Source: Monocercomonoides exilis PA203 (lineage: Eukaryota; Protista; Preaxostyla). From it: a stretch of 64,000 nt of DNA. This document shows, in pieces, positions 41,363 to 52,463 of the stretch. The notes below the pieces were generated by a model. That model saw only the letters and a program-made list of their open reading frames with translations, made no database searches and had not been told where the DNA came from. How positions within the stretch are numbered: position 1 is the first letter of the stretch; each line of letters starts with the position of its first letter. The stretch spans positions 1,178,001 through 1,242,000 of the forward strand of contig LSRY02000014.1 in assembly GCA_001643675.2 (NCBI GenBank), written 5' to 3'. A program made the translations under genes and the position numbers.

Positions 41363-41846
41363 TTACTTTGCCTTCCTTCTATATCTAACACCAGTTGTGA
41401 GACGTGCTTTTCCTCCAGTTGGAGTGCAGATAACATTGGCGCAGTTTCCGCAAACAACTGTCGAAGTGGCGTGACTGAAAACAGTCATGCTGTAATTATA
41501 TGAAATGCAAATAAGAATTAATAAAGTTTGAAAATGAAACACAATAGTTTCGGAAGATTACGAAAAATATCAATAAAATAAAGAAATTTACAAAATAATC
41601 AAAGTTAACAAATCATAATCAAAGCTACAAACATTTTCTGGCAATTGTGGCACTTAACATCCATGAAATAGCTATTTGGGGACTGAACAAGGCGCTTAAG
41701 CTTGTAGCTTTGCCTTTCAGATTTCTTTGAAGGATGAAGGAGATCTACTTTGAATTGATACTAAAAACGTTTTAAATGGATTGATAAAAATGAGTAAGTT
41801 AATATCAATTAACGTTCATCATAATATATGATACCTTCTTGACCAT
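41363..41846 (-). CDS. RPS27: 40S ribosomal protein S27 (eS27), 3 exons (missing from the ORF track)
   Basis: MVKK|[43 protein letters not shown]|[41 protein letters not shown]. Confidence 0.97.
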
Positions 41847-41941
41847 TTTGAAGTTTTTTCCCACAGATTGATCAATGAAAATTCCGCTATTGAGATTATT
41901 ATCCCTTACTCCGAAAATAATTGCATGAACCATTTTTAAAC

Positions 41942-44637
41942 ATGGCCCTGAATTCTTTTGGGGAAATTCATTTTAAAAACCTTGGAAGATCAACTGTTGC
42001 TATTCGTAACTGTCGCAAAGGTGAAGACATATGCTTAGAAGAACCGCTTATACGGTCTTTTCCTCCCGAAGACTGGTTTATTCAAATATGCGATACATTC
42101 GAAGTTGATAGAACGTTTGGTGTATTTCTCATTGGGTATGCGTTTTCCGAGGAAAGATTTAGAAATTGGGTGTACAACGAAATGTTTGCTCCTGATACAT
42201 CAACACTTGATATATATTCTTCCTTTAAAGATACTCTGTCTGCATTTGTTGGCCCATTAAATAACTATCTTTCTCATCGATATAAGCATCATCCAAAACA
42301 TTGGAATAAACATATAAAATCGGAACCATACATTTTTAATTCGGATAATTTGGAAAGAATGTGGCTTTTATGGAATACAAATGTCCATTCGTTTCAAGCG
42401 TATTTTGATTTAGAAGAAACCGGAGATGCTTCTCGACCAACAAGTGACAATAAGGATGAGTATGATTTTGAAGCAGACGAGCATCCTTATGTTGAAGTTT
42501 CGGAAGAAATAGGGAAAAATCTTGGAACAGCAATATTTGAAGTTGCTTCAAGAGTTCCTCATTCTTGCGCACCAAATATGAGTTACACTCTTATGAACAG
42601 TACTTTTACGGGGCTTCGTTATCGTTGTGTTCGCCCTGTTAAAGTGGGTGAAATATTGTCATTTTCATACATTGATGCATATGACTTGCTTTTTCGGTCA
42701 ACATTAATGCGTCGAGCAGATCTCTTGCGTCACAAATACTTCTTTTGTTTGTGCCCACGCTGCCGCGATGAAGATTACACACGTGCATTCCCCTGTCCTT
42801 CCTGGCATCACTGCAAAAGAAAGACATCTTCAGCAACACCTTCGTCATCTTCAGGCTCTTCGCAAGCTTCGTCAAATGATTTCGCACATTCCTCAAAGTC
42901 ATTCTGTGCTTCATATGAATTTCCCTCTGAGCGGCCGCTTGCAGTGCGATGTGACGTGGAAGGGTGGAAATTTGTCCATCGCCACCCAGAAATGTTTGAC
43001 TCTTCAGGAGTTGAGCTGCATGTAGGGCTTCCAAAACCTTCTCTTTCGATCTTCATCGAGGAAGATGAAAGCAAAACAGGAAAAATTGAAGAGAAAACAA
43101 TGCTGCCGCCTCACAGTGATTCTGACCAGACGCCAGTTGCATTTCCTATCTGCTCTCCGTCTTCTGTTATTCGATCGTGCCCATCAGCACCTCTTTTCTG
43201 GGGAGAAGCTGTTGATAAGCTGTATTTTATGGGAGATGTTGTTGGGGAAGAAGATGAAAGGAATGTGATATCATCATCTTCATCATCATCAACTTCTTCT
43301 TCTTCTTCAACGTCTTCTTCTTCTTCCTCCTCCTCTTTATCTTCTTCTTCTTTTCCTTCTTCTATTTCATCTCAACAATCTCACCCATCTCAAAAAAGAA
43401 TGAACATTTCAAATTCTTCACTGCCCATCCATTTGCAGTGCCAGTATGTTCAGAAGCCCTGGCGATGTTTGAACTGCTCTGCGAGATTCACTGAAGAAGA
43501 GATGAATGTGATAGATTCGCCAGATATTGAAGATAAAGTGGATAAAAGAGAAGAAACTGAAGAGGAAAGAGAGGGAAAAGGAGAAAGAGAAGAAAAAGGA
43601 GGAAAAGAGAAGAGAGAGGAAAGAGAAGAAAGAGAACGAAAAGAGAAGAATGAGAAAGTAGAGAAAAGAGGAATAAGTCGTTATGTGTGGGAGAAAGTGT
43701 TAGGGAAGTTAGTGCTGCAGGCAGTTGGGAAGGATTATGAAGTGATTAAGCAGCTTGTGAAGGAGGCAGCACAGGAAGATGAAGAAGAAGATGAAGAAGA
43801 AGATGAAGAAGATGATGACGACGACGTATCACTTTCTGAATGGGATGGAGAAGAAGATCTGGAGGAGAGGATGAAGAAAGAAGAAGATGAAGAAGAAGAA
43901 AGAGAAAAGGAAATGAAAAGTGAAATAGGAGAAAGAAAAGAAGAAAGAAAAGGCGATATTGAAGCAGCGATTGATGCCGAGATTGAGAGGACGAAGGCGA
44001 AGCTGAGGCGAATGAAGAAGAAAGAGAGGAAGATAAAGAGGATGAGGCAGATGCTGCAGGAAACGCAGGCAATGCGGATGATGAGGAAGAAGCTGAGTGA
44101 CTTGAAGAAAAATGAAATGATGGTGAAATATGAAGCGTTTTTGAAGGAGAAGGAAAAAATTGCTAATTGTGATGATGATGATAGAAAAGGTGATGAAGCA
44201 AAGAAGGAAGGAAAAGAAGAAGTAAATGAAGATGAAGATGAAGATGAAAATGAAAATGAAAATGTGAACATCGATGTAGGAGTATGTCAAAATGAAGAAG
44301 GCGATTCAGAAAGCAATGAAGAAGATAAATTTATTCGTGTAGGAGGGGCAGATGCAGAGCAGTATCAAAAGAACCCTCTTCTGCGAAAGATGCATTTGGA
44401 GTGTATTTTAAATGAATGTGTGAAGCATTTTGGTTATCAGCATTGGACAGCAGGTTACTTGTATGAACAGCTGCTCGACTGGAACTATATGTGGATCAAT
44501 GATATGTTGTGTGTTTTTATGTGTTTTGTGGTGTTGCTTTATTGAAAAAGAAAAGAGAGAGAGAGAGAGAGAGAGAGAAAGAAGAGAAGAGAAAAGAAAG
44601 GAAAAGAAAAGAAAAGAAAAGAAATGATAAATTTGAG

Positions 44638-44708
<71 letters not shown>

Positions 44709-45200
44709 TTTGTTCTCTATCTATCCATCTGTATCCTTCAATAACACCAATTTTTCAGTCTTGTCCCACACCCAGTTGAAGCAATCGTCACAACAGCAGC
44801 TCCTCTGCTGCGATATTGCAAGAACGTAACCAAAGATGGCATAAGCTTCTCATCAGGCGTTTCCTATTTCGCCCAGCGCGTCGCATTCATATTGGAATCT
44901 CTTTCTCAAAGCACTTCTATCATGGAAGAAATGAAAATTACAGTGAATAAAACAAAAAATGATCAAACACATAAATTTGTTTCGCTTTACCCGGAGCTTC
45001 CGGAAGATTTTGACATGATTGATGAAATGCAGAATCTTTTTGAAGAAGCTCTTGTTCCATTTATTTCTGAATGGGGAATAAATGAATCAATATCGCATTT
45101 CTTGATTAATCATATAAAGGGCGGAAAAGAAAGGGGGCTGAGAATTCTTAAAGAAGCAGAAGTTGTTGGTGAATATGAGCCATTGGATTCTGACGAATAG
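41942..45200 (+). CDS. SET-domain (SMYD-like) lysine methyltransferase, probably 2 exons
   Basis: GRSTVAIRNCRKGEDICLEEP; ASRVPHSCAPN; GEILSFSYID; RR..L...YFFCLCPRC post-SET; repeat-rich intron at about 44510-44776. Confidence 0.85.
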
Positions 45201-45415
45201 TTTTGCGAGATTAATCGATTTTTCTTTTTTTATCTGTTTTATTTAAAATGTAATGTTCATATTTTATTTTAAAAAATATTGTTCAAATATAATTTTTGAA
45301 CATAATTGTTTTAGTTTTTACAACAATTTTATTCTTTTTTGAATTTTGATGTATTTTCTTTTTTTGTAAACTAAATAAAGGGTTTATTCCCTTCATACAT
45401 CTTTACAAAACTGAA

Positions 45416-46225
45416 ATGATCTTTTGCCTTCTTCTTATTGCCCCTTCGTTCGGGTTCTTATTTAATATGACTGAAACAATACATGAGGGATTTTTAGAGC
45501 ATTTTAGAAAGGGTCAAGAAGTTCAGGGACGCTATTTTATTGTGAAAGGTGGAGTTGGCTCTGTTTATCTGACCGTATGAAATGTTATAAATTCTGAAAA
45601 GATTTTGTATTATCTAATGCAATGATTTCATTTGACAATTTTCAAAATATAAGGTTACCGATCCAAATGGAGACGTTTGCCTTTCCTCCAATGGTCGTGA
45701 TGAAAAATTCTCTTTTAATGCACCTTATGAAGGAGAATACCGCTTCAAATTCATGTCACACTCATCAGCTTCTACTAAAACAATTAGTTTTCTTCTCGAA
45801 GAGCGCACTGTCGAGCAGCACGCACGAGAAAGTTTGCATCATTAACTCCTTTTCTTCCTTCTGTTTTCAAAAAATAATAATGTGAATTTATATTCATAAC
45901 TTAAAATCTTTATATAGAAATGATGTCTGGCTCTGAACTTGAAAAAGGATATTTTGAGTTGGCACACGATATGGATTCAATCGTGAAAAAGCAAGATATT
46001 ATTAAGGCGAAAGAAAGAGAACACAGAGAAAGTTTGCATAGCATAAACATATTTTTGTTTTCTTTTTGTTTTGGCAAAAATCCGATTACTTTTTTTTCAT
46101 TAATAGCGAGCTTGACTGCAAGAAAACGATTGACTTTTTGGGGAGTGTTGTTAATTCTTACGGTTTTAGCTTCATCTATAGTACATATTAGTTATCTCAT
46201 GAAGTTGTTTAAAAACAGAGTATGA
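45416..46225 (+). CDS. p24/emp24/TMED (GOLD) cargo receptor, 4 exons
   Basis: Signal peptide; VTDPNGD..; FSFNAPYEGEYRFKF; coiled coil KQDIIKAKEREHRET; TM helix; tail YLMKLFKNRV*. Confidence 0.88.
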
Positions 46226-46589
46226 AAATTTTGATATCTTTTGAAATATTTAATTTGCTAACATCGAAATTGAAAAAAATTTTTTTGCATTCTACAAATT
46301 TTAGGAACAAAAAGTTTAAGCTCACTTAATAAATGCGAATACAATTCTTTTCATAACATTTTTGATCAATTCACTTCTTTTCTTTACGGATTTTAAAATC
46401 AATAGTTGAATTATCTTTTGGTTTTTGAGATTAAACAGCAAAAAAATAGTATTTTGCAATAATTCGAGTTGATTTTTAAATCGAAAATAAAAAGTCCAAA
46501 GCTTTGAATTTCTTAATTATCATGTACTTAATATTTCAAAATTCGTTTGATTACTCGTTCTTTCAATAATTTTATTATGCAACTGTTGT

Positions 46590-47130
46590 ATGGAGAAAAA
46601 TACAATGTGTAATGGTTCCAAAGAAGACTCTTTTTCGTGTTTGGTCTATAATTTTTTCTGTTTTTATTTTTTTATTTATTTATTCATTCATTTCTGAGCT
46701 TATCAAACATTGTTCAATTTATTCAACGATGTTCTGAAAAAACTTTCTTTTCTTATTGAATGTTTTTCTACATGAATATTTTTCAAATGAGGAATCATTT
46801 TTGATATCATATTTTTTTGTTCAATAATTTTGACACGAAAATTTCCTTTGAATTTCACCAAAGAATAATGAAAAAGGAAAAATACTTATCAATGACAACT
46901 TCATCTTTGTTTCTGCAAAAGCATTGGAAAATACTGCAATCGTGATGTGTAAAGCATTTGAATACAAAATTACTTGCAAAATACAAACTTCCTTTGAAAA
47001 AACTGCACACCAAAAAAAGTTATGATTTCAAATATAACGATCCAAATTAATAATAATTATTAAGAAAATAACATTGAAAAAATAGTTCGATAATTCAAAA
47101 CAATTCTTAAATTTGATTTTTGATGAAATT

Positions 47131-47163
<33 letters not shown>

Positions 47164-47596
47164 AATAGTGATTAATGAATATTTTTTTTATCATTATTAT
47201 TAAAAGACTTTGTTCTTTATTGACGATTCGTTGCATTAATTGCAAATTTCAATGTTTGAGATGAAAAAATGACAATAATCTCTTGAAGATGAATTTCAAA
47301 TTACTTTTATTTATTGTTTGTTCATAAAGCAATTTTATAAATCGAATTATTCACATGAATAAATTGGACTTCAATAATAATCACCCATTTACAAAATAAA
47401 TAAAAAAATCGATCACTTTCATGAAAGAAAAAATAAATACGCAACTAATAAATATTGAAATTTTTTGTCATAAAGATTGACCAAAAATTTATAGATTTTC
47501 AAATTTTTTCGCTTTCACTCTTCATCAAAAACATTTGAAATAGCATAATCCACTTCCTTTGGAACCATGGAACTCGACAGATGTGTTTTTTTCCAT
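46590..47596. mobile_element. Possible old, decayed foldback element
   Basis: Collinear inverted matches: ATGGAGAAAAATACA vs ATGGAAAAAAACACA, an exact 12-mer ATGGTTCCAAAG (46612 vs 47557-47568), then TCTATAA, TTTTTATTTATTT and CAATTTATTCA. Confidence 0.4.
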
Positions 47597-47653
47597 GTTT
47601 GTTTCAATCATTAGAAAACTGACAAAAAAAATGAAAATATTAAAAAATATAAA

Positions 47654-48065
47654 TAGTTAGTGTTAATAATGGCGGACACTTTCAATAACTGTGGACAGTA
47701 GCATTTTCTCAACAACCGTTATTGAAAGTGGCATTTTGACAATTAACCCAATTATTCCCTCAATGAATATGAACTTATAAGTCAAACAAAAATTAAACAA
47801 CTTGCTCTGCAGAATTTTGAAAAAAACATTTTTAATTTTCGGAGAAACTATAAGAATTTAAATTCTTATAGTTTCTCCGAAAATTAAAAATGTTTTTTTC
47901 AAAATTCTGCAGAGCAAGTTGTTTAATTTTTGTTTGACTTATAAGTTCATATTCATTGAGGGAATAATTGGGTTAATTGTCAAAATGCCACTTTCAATAA
48001 CGGTTGTTGAGAAAATGCTACTGTCCACAGTTATTGAAAGTGTCCACCATTATTAACACTAACTA
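47654..48065. mobile_element. 412-bp zero-spacer palindrome bounded by TA (probable MITE)
   Basis: 206-bp arms centred on GAATTT|AAATTC (47859/47860); one mismatch seen (47673 vs 48046). Confidence 0.93.
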
Positions 48066-48515
48066 CAGTCTGAATCGGATATAATCACATCGGTTTTTGC
48101 ACAACTTTTTGTGACTATATCCGATTGTGATAATATACGATGCTGCTTAACACAGAAAAAAGTGAAATTAATTTTTTTTATATACAAATTTTGTGACAAA
48201 TTTTTTATTTATGGAAATTCTACACAGAAACACATTTTTCAATAGAAATAACAATTTTTTAAGTTTTATAATTTTATTCAGACTTATTTGAGCTCATTTT
48301 TGAAAAAGCGAAAAATTGAAATTTCTGATCAAAAAAGCGATTTTTCAATGAAAAAATCACCCATAATAACAAAAAATGTGATTATATATTTTCTGCCCAG
48401 TGATTATATGCGATGAAAAATGAATGAAAAACAAGCAAAAAATGTCGCTGCATCGAAAAATGTGACAATAAACGATGTTGATTATATTCGACGTGATTAT
48501 ATCCGGTTTAGACTG
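48066..48515. mobile_element. pogo/Tigger-like MITE
   Basis: TIRs CAGTCTGAATCGGATATAATCACATCG and CAGTCTAAACCGGATATAATCACGTCG (reverse complement); multiple GTGAYWATATNCGA-like subterminal repeats; left flank TA. Confidence 0.8.
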
Positions 48516-49320
48516 CATATGGGGGAAAATACGGACTTTCAAACTTTTTTTGCACAAAGCATGAAAAAATTGTTTCACTCATAACTTTATTTTGCTTTCT
48601 CGAAATTCAAAATAAATCAGATTTTCATATCCGTAAACATGCATCGTTGAAATCAAAACAACAAGTTTTCCAACATTTCACAAATGTCAAAAAATGGAAT
48701 CATTTTTATTGTGTTTTTTGATGTGAAAAAGTCAATGAAATATGCATAATTTTGCAATGAAAATGCCTGAAGCAAAATATTTTGCCCAATATATATATAT
48801 ATATTAATGTCTTGTTTTGAGAATATATATAGAATTATGTGATTATTTATGAAACGAAATAAAAAATCAAGATATTGATTGTTGAAAGGTCTTTTTCTCG
48901 TTGGCAAGTTGTTTTTTATTCGTATCATTTATATTTCCAGATTGTTGAAAACAATTGCTTGATGTTATAGTATGATAGCAGACAACTGTTGATGGTGTTA
49001 TCAACTTTCAGCATTTTCATAATTCTCACAAATAAATAAACATGAGGAGAATAATATGAAACTTCAAACTGTTTCATTGAAAAATTTTGAACTTTTTTTT
49101 CCTTTTGGTGATCAAAAAATAATGAATAAAAATCGGTTCATTTTCAGAAATGCACGTGAAGTGACAAAACATTATGTTATGAAATCAATGATACATATTT
49201 TTGAATATGAAAATGCTATTTATTTTGAAATCTGAGAAATTTTAATTAAGTTATGAATGAAACAAAGTCGAGATGACAAGTGCAAAAAAAGATTGAAAGT
49301 TTGATTTTTCCACCTCCTGT
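48516..49320. mobile_element. About 800-bp diverged foldback element with long imperfect TIRs
   Basis: 48521-48785 aligns collinearly with the reverse complement of about 49050-49317 (ACTTTCAA.CTTTTTTTGCAC, TTGTTTCA.TCATAACTT, TTCAAAATAAAT, ATTTTCATAT, CAATGAAA). Confidence 0.8.
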
Positions 49321-49615
49321 TAAATTTAAATTTTGAAATGCAGTGATTTCAAATAAAATTACTTATCTGAAATAAAAAAAATAACTTTTGACAGGAAACT
49401 TGAATAAAAATTTCGATTTCAAAAAGAATTTATCATATTTACAGAAAAAAGAAAGGTGAAATAAAAATTTTATTTTTTTTTTAGAATTGTTCGAAATTCT
49501 GAAAGTTTGATCATCGAAGTTGTAAAAAATAGCCAGATGAAGTTTGTTTGACTTGAATAAAGATGCAATAACCTTTTATCACACTCATTTTTTTTTGAAT
49601 ACATTATCCCATGAT

Positions 49616-49657
<42 letters not shown>

Positions 49658-49970
49658 CAAATAATAATCTCTTTTCAATTTCATATCTGAAAGCTTTCTA
49701 TTTTTGTAACTTTATTTATTAATTTATTTATTTTTGGTTCATGATATAAGCAACAGAAAATCCATATTTCACAAAGAAAATTCGAAAAAATTGAATAAAA
49801 AAACAAATCGAATTATATTTATCTAAACAAAAAAACAACAAAAAATTTTAAACAACGGAACAAGTTTTGAAAAGAGATAAATTACAAAAACAATATTCAA
49901 GTTTCAAACTTAAAACAATTCGAAGAGAATTAATTACAACGCCCATTATAAATATATTACATTTCAATTT

Positions 49971-51984
49971 ATGGATAATCCTGCTTGGTTTGGGCAACTT
50001 AAACGTAGAATTATCTTAAGAAATGATGTACAATATCAATCTTTAAGAACTAAAGGTATTTGCAATGAATTTTTGATTGAGCTTTTTTTTATTAAAACCA
50101 GGATCTTATACTTTAAAGCGCAATATTGCGCATTTGTTTGATGCATACGGAAAGATTGTGGATTTATCTTCTAAGCTTCATTCATCAGAAAAAAAATTGC
50201 ATGAATTAAACGAAGAAATAACAAATGTCAAATCCATAAACAAGGAAAGATTTGAAAAATTGAACCAAATTGATCAAGAGTGTGTAAATTCTGACTAAAG
50301 ATTTGTGCCTGCATACTAATATGTAATGTTAATAGAAATATAAAACTCCGCCAACAAATAGACAATTGGAAAAAGGAAAAAGGAAGCATTACAACCTTGC
50401 TTGATGAAGCCAATAATAGTAACAAAGCGTTAAATGTAGTTCAACTTTCTTCTTTCTTTCTTTTCCTGTCTTTTCTTATCTTTTTTCTTTTTTGCTTTTT
50501 GTCTGTGAAAAATGAAAACTACTTTTATCATAAGCAAAGAATTATCGAGTTGAACATTGAAAATGAAAAATTGAAGGCGGAATTGGAGGAACATCATTTG
50601 ACTCAAAGTCAAGAACATATGTACGAAGAGGGGCAAAAGAAAATACTAAGATTTGACCGATGTTTTGTGTGTTTTTTTAAATCTTTATTTCAAATGTGCA
50701 AACAGTTTATACCTATATTTTAGAAAGAACATTCAGCTATAATTGCTGTGACATCTATTGAAAGTATTGGCGACATATGCGCAAACGCTTCTGAAGATAG
50801 AATAGTAAAGTTCTGGAGGCTTTCCGATGGTATGTGTTGATTGTTTATTTTTCATAGAGTTAATAAAAATAAAGGAATTCAAACACATCAATTTTCAAAA
50901 TTTGCATGCACTCTTCGAAGTTTGGCATTCACCGCAGATGGACGTTTCTTTGCTGTTGGCGTGAAGGGAGGAGCAATAAGCATCTACAACACATCCACTG
51001 CCAAGCTTTACAGTACGCTTGTTTCAGAATCTGCAGATATTTCGTCCATCGTCTTCACAACCCCAACTGGAGATTTACCACCCACGCTTGTAACGGCTTC
51101 TTCCAACGGGAAGCTCTCCGTTTGGGATGTGGCTGGTGGCAAAGAGCAAATTATCCTTGACTCACAATCAGAGTGTTGTGGCATTTGCGCTTCTGCTAAT
51201 GCAACTGTTTGCAGTGCGCACAAAGATGGATGTGTGATTATCAGCTTATCTAAAGAATCATCACAATATTATTCTTATTTATTTATTCATTTATTTTGCT
51301 ATTTTCTTCACTTAAAAAACGTCTTTCTTTTATTTTATGTGCTACTGATTCGGACATTATACACATTTGATTGCTTCTTACAAAACTTAACAGATATTCG
51401 TGTGTGTGATATCCGGAGTAAAGAACTTATCAAGGAATTGAGTGCAGGCAGCGAAGGTGCTGCAGTCACATGCATGAGCGTTTCTGAGGATGGGCAGCTG
51501 CTTCTGGCCGTCTTCTCCGACGGGACTGTTGCCGTGTTCGATCTGAGCTCTTTTTCTGAAATAAGATATTGGTCCATTGCTGATCTGCGGCCTTCTCACA
51601 CTTTTGGCTCGTGCTGTTGGATGTGTGTATTACAGATTGATGTGCTTTGTCAAGGAAAATTTTTTATTCTTTCTTTTTTTATTGTCATTATTATTTCACA
51701 TCTAATTTTTTCATTTTCATTTTCATATTCATTTTCTTTTTATTCTTTCTCACCGTTTCTGTTTTCTATATTGTGCTGTCTTTCATAAAAGTGAGTCGAG
51801 TTTTTTCATTGGGTGCCAAAATGGGATGATTGCAACAGGAACTTTGAATGATGAGCAGATTAAAAGTGTTTATTTAAGTGAGCTTGGTGATTCGTCACCT
51901 GTCATTCATTGTGCTGCTTCTTCAAGAAAAAACAAACTCGTTGCCGCAACTCCAGATCAAATTTCATTCTGGATTGTTGAATGA
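49971..51984 (+). CDS. ATG16: ATG16L-like protein: N-terminal ATG5-binding helix, coiled coil, WD40 repeats; multi-exon
   Basis: WFGQLKRRIILRNDVQ fits W-x3-I/L-x3-L/I-x2-R-x3-Q; coiled-coil exons; WD repeats ASEDRIVKFW, ASSNGKLSVWD, DGTVAVFDL. Confidence 0.7.
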
Positions 51985-52463
51985 GAAAATGCATCTGAAA
52001 AAGAAATCATAAGAAAGAAACATAGATGCAACAAATGTGAAGCATTCAAAGCGTTGTTTGGTGAAAAATAAGAAGCATTTGGTCAAGAGATTGAAAATAT
52101 ATCTAATTCACACAGGTGAAAACATTTCTTCTTTTTTTGTGGTTAGCTTTTTGGCAAGCTTTGTTTATTATTTTTGTATGTGATTTAGCTTTTTGTTCAA
52201 AAAATTTTTTGTTTGGATAAATCTTCTTTTCAATGGAGTAATAATTGTTTTAGCTTTTGGACTCTTTCAAAGAAGGAATTAGTTGAAATTGCTGTTTTTG
52301 CTTAAATTTAATAAAAATATAAGAAAAAAACATTTTAAGTTTATCACCAGATCGATCATGACCATTGCCCGCATTTCAATTTTCATTTGAGAGGTATTTT
52401 TCTACCTTTTACTCGTTTAGTTTTACGGTTTTACCATCAAACTAAATATTTTGATAAATTATT

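Noticed and set aside
48066-48515. Spaced short repeats as a CRISPR-like array
   Set aside because: The repeats are degenerate, about 14 bp, irregularly spaced and enclosed by TIRs; eukaryotic context with no cas genes.
49617-49654. Poly-A and poly-T tracts (also 47133-47162 and 44640-44679) as retroposon tails
   Set aside because: No adjacent RT fragment, SINE-like body or target-site duplication was recognisable.
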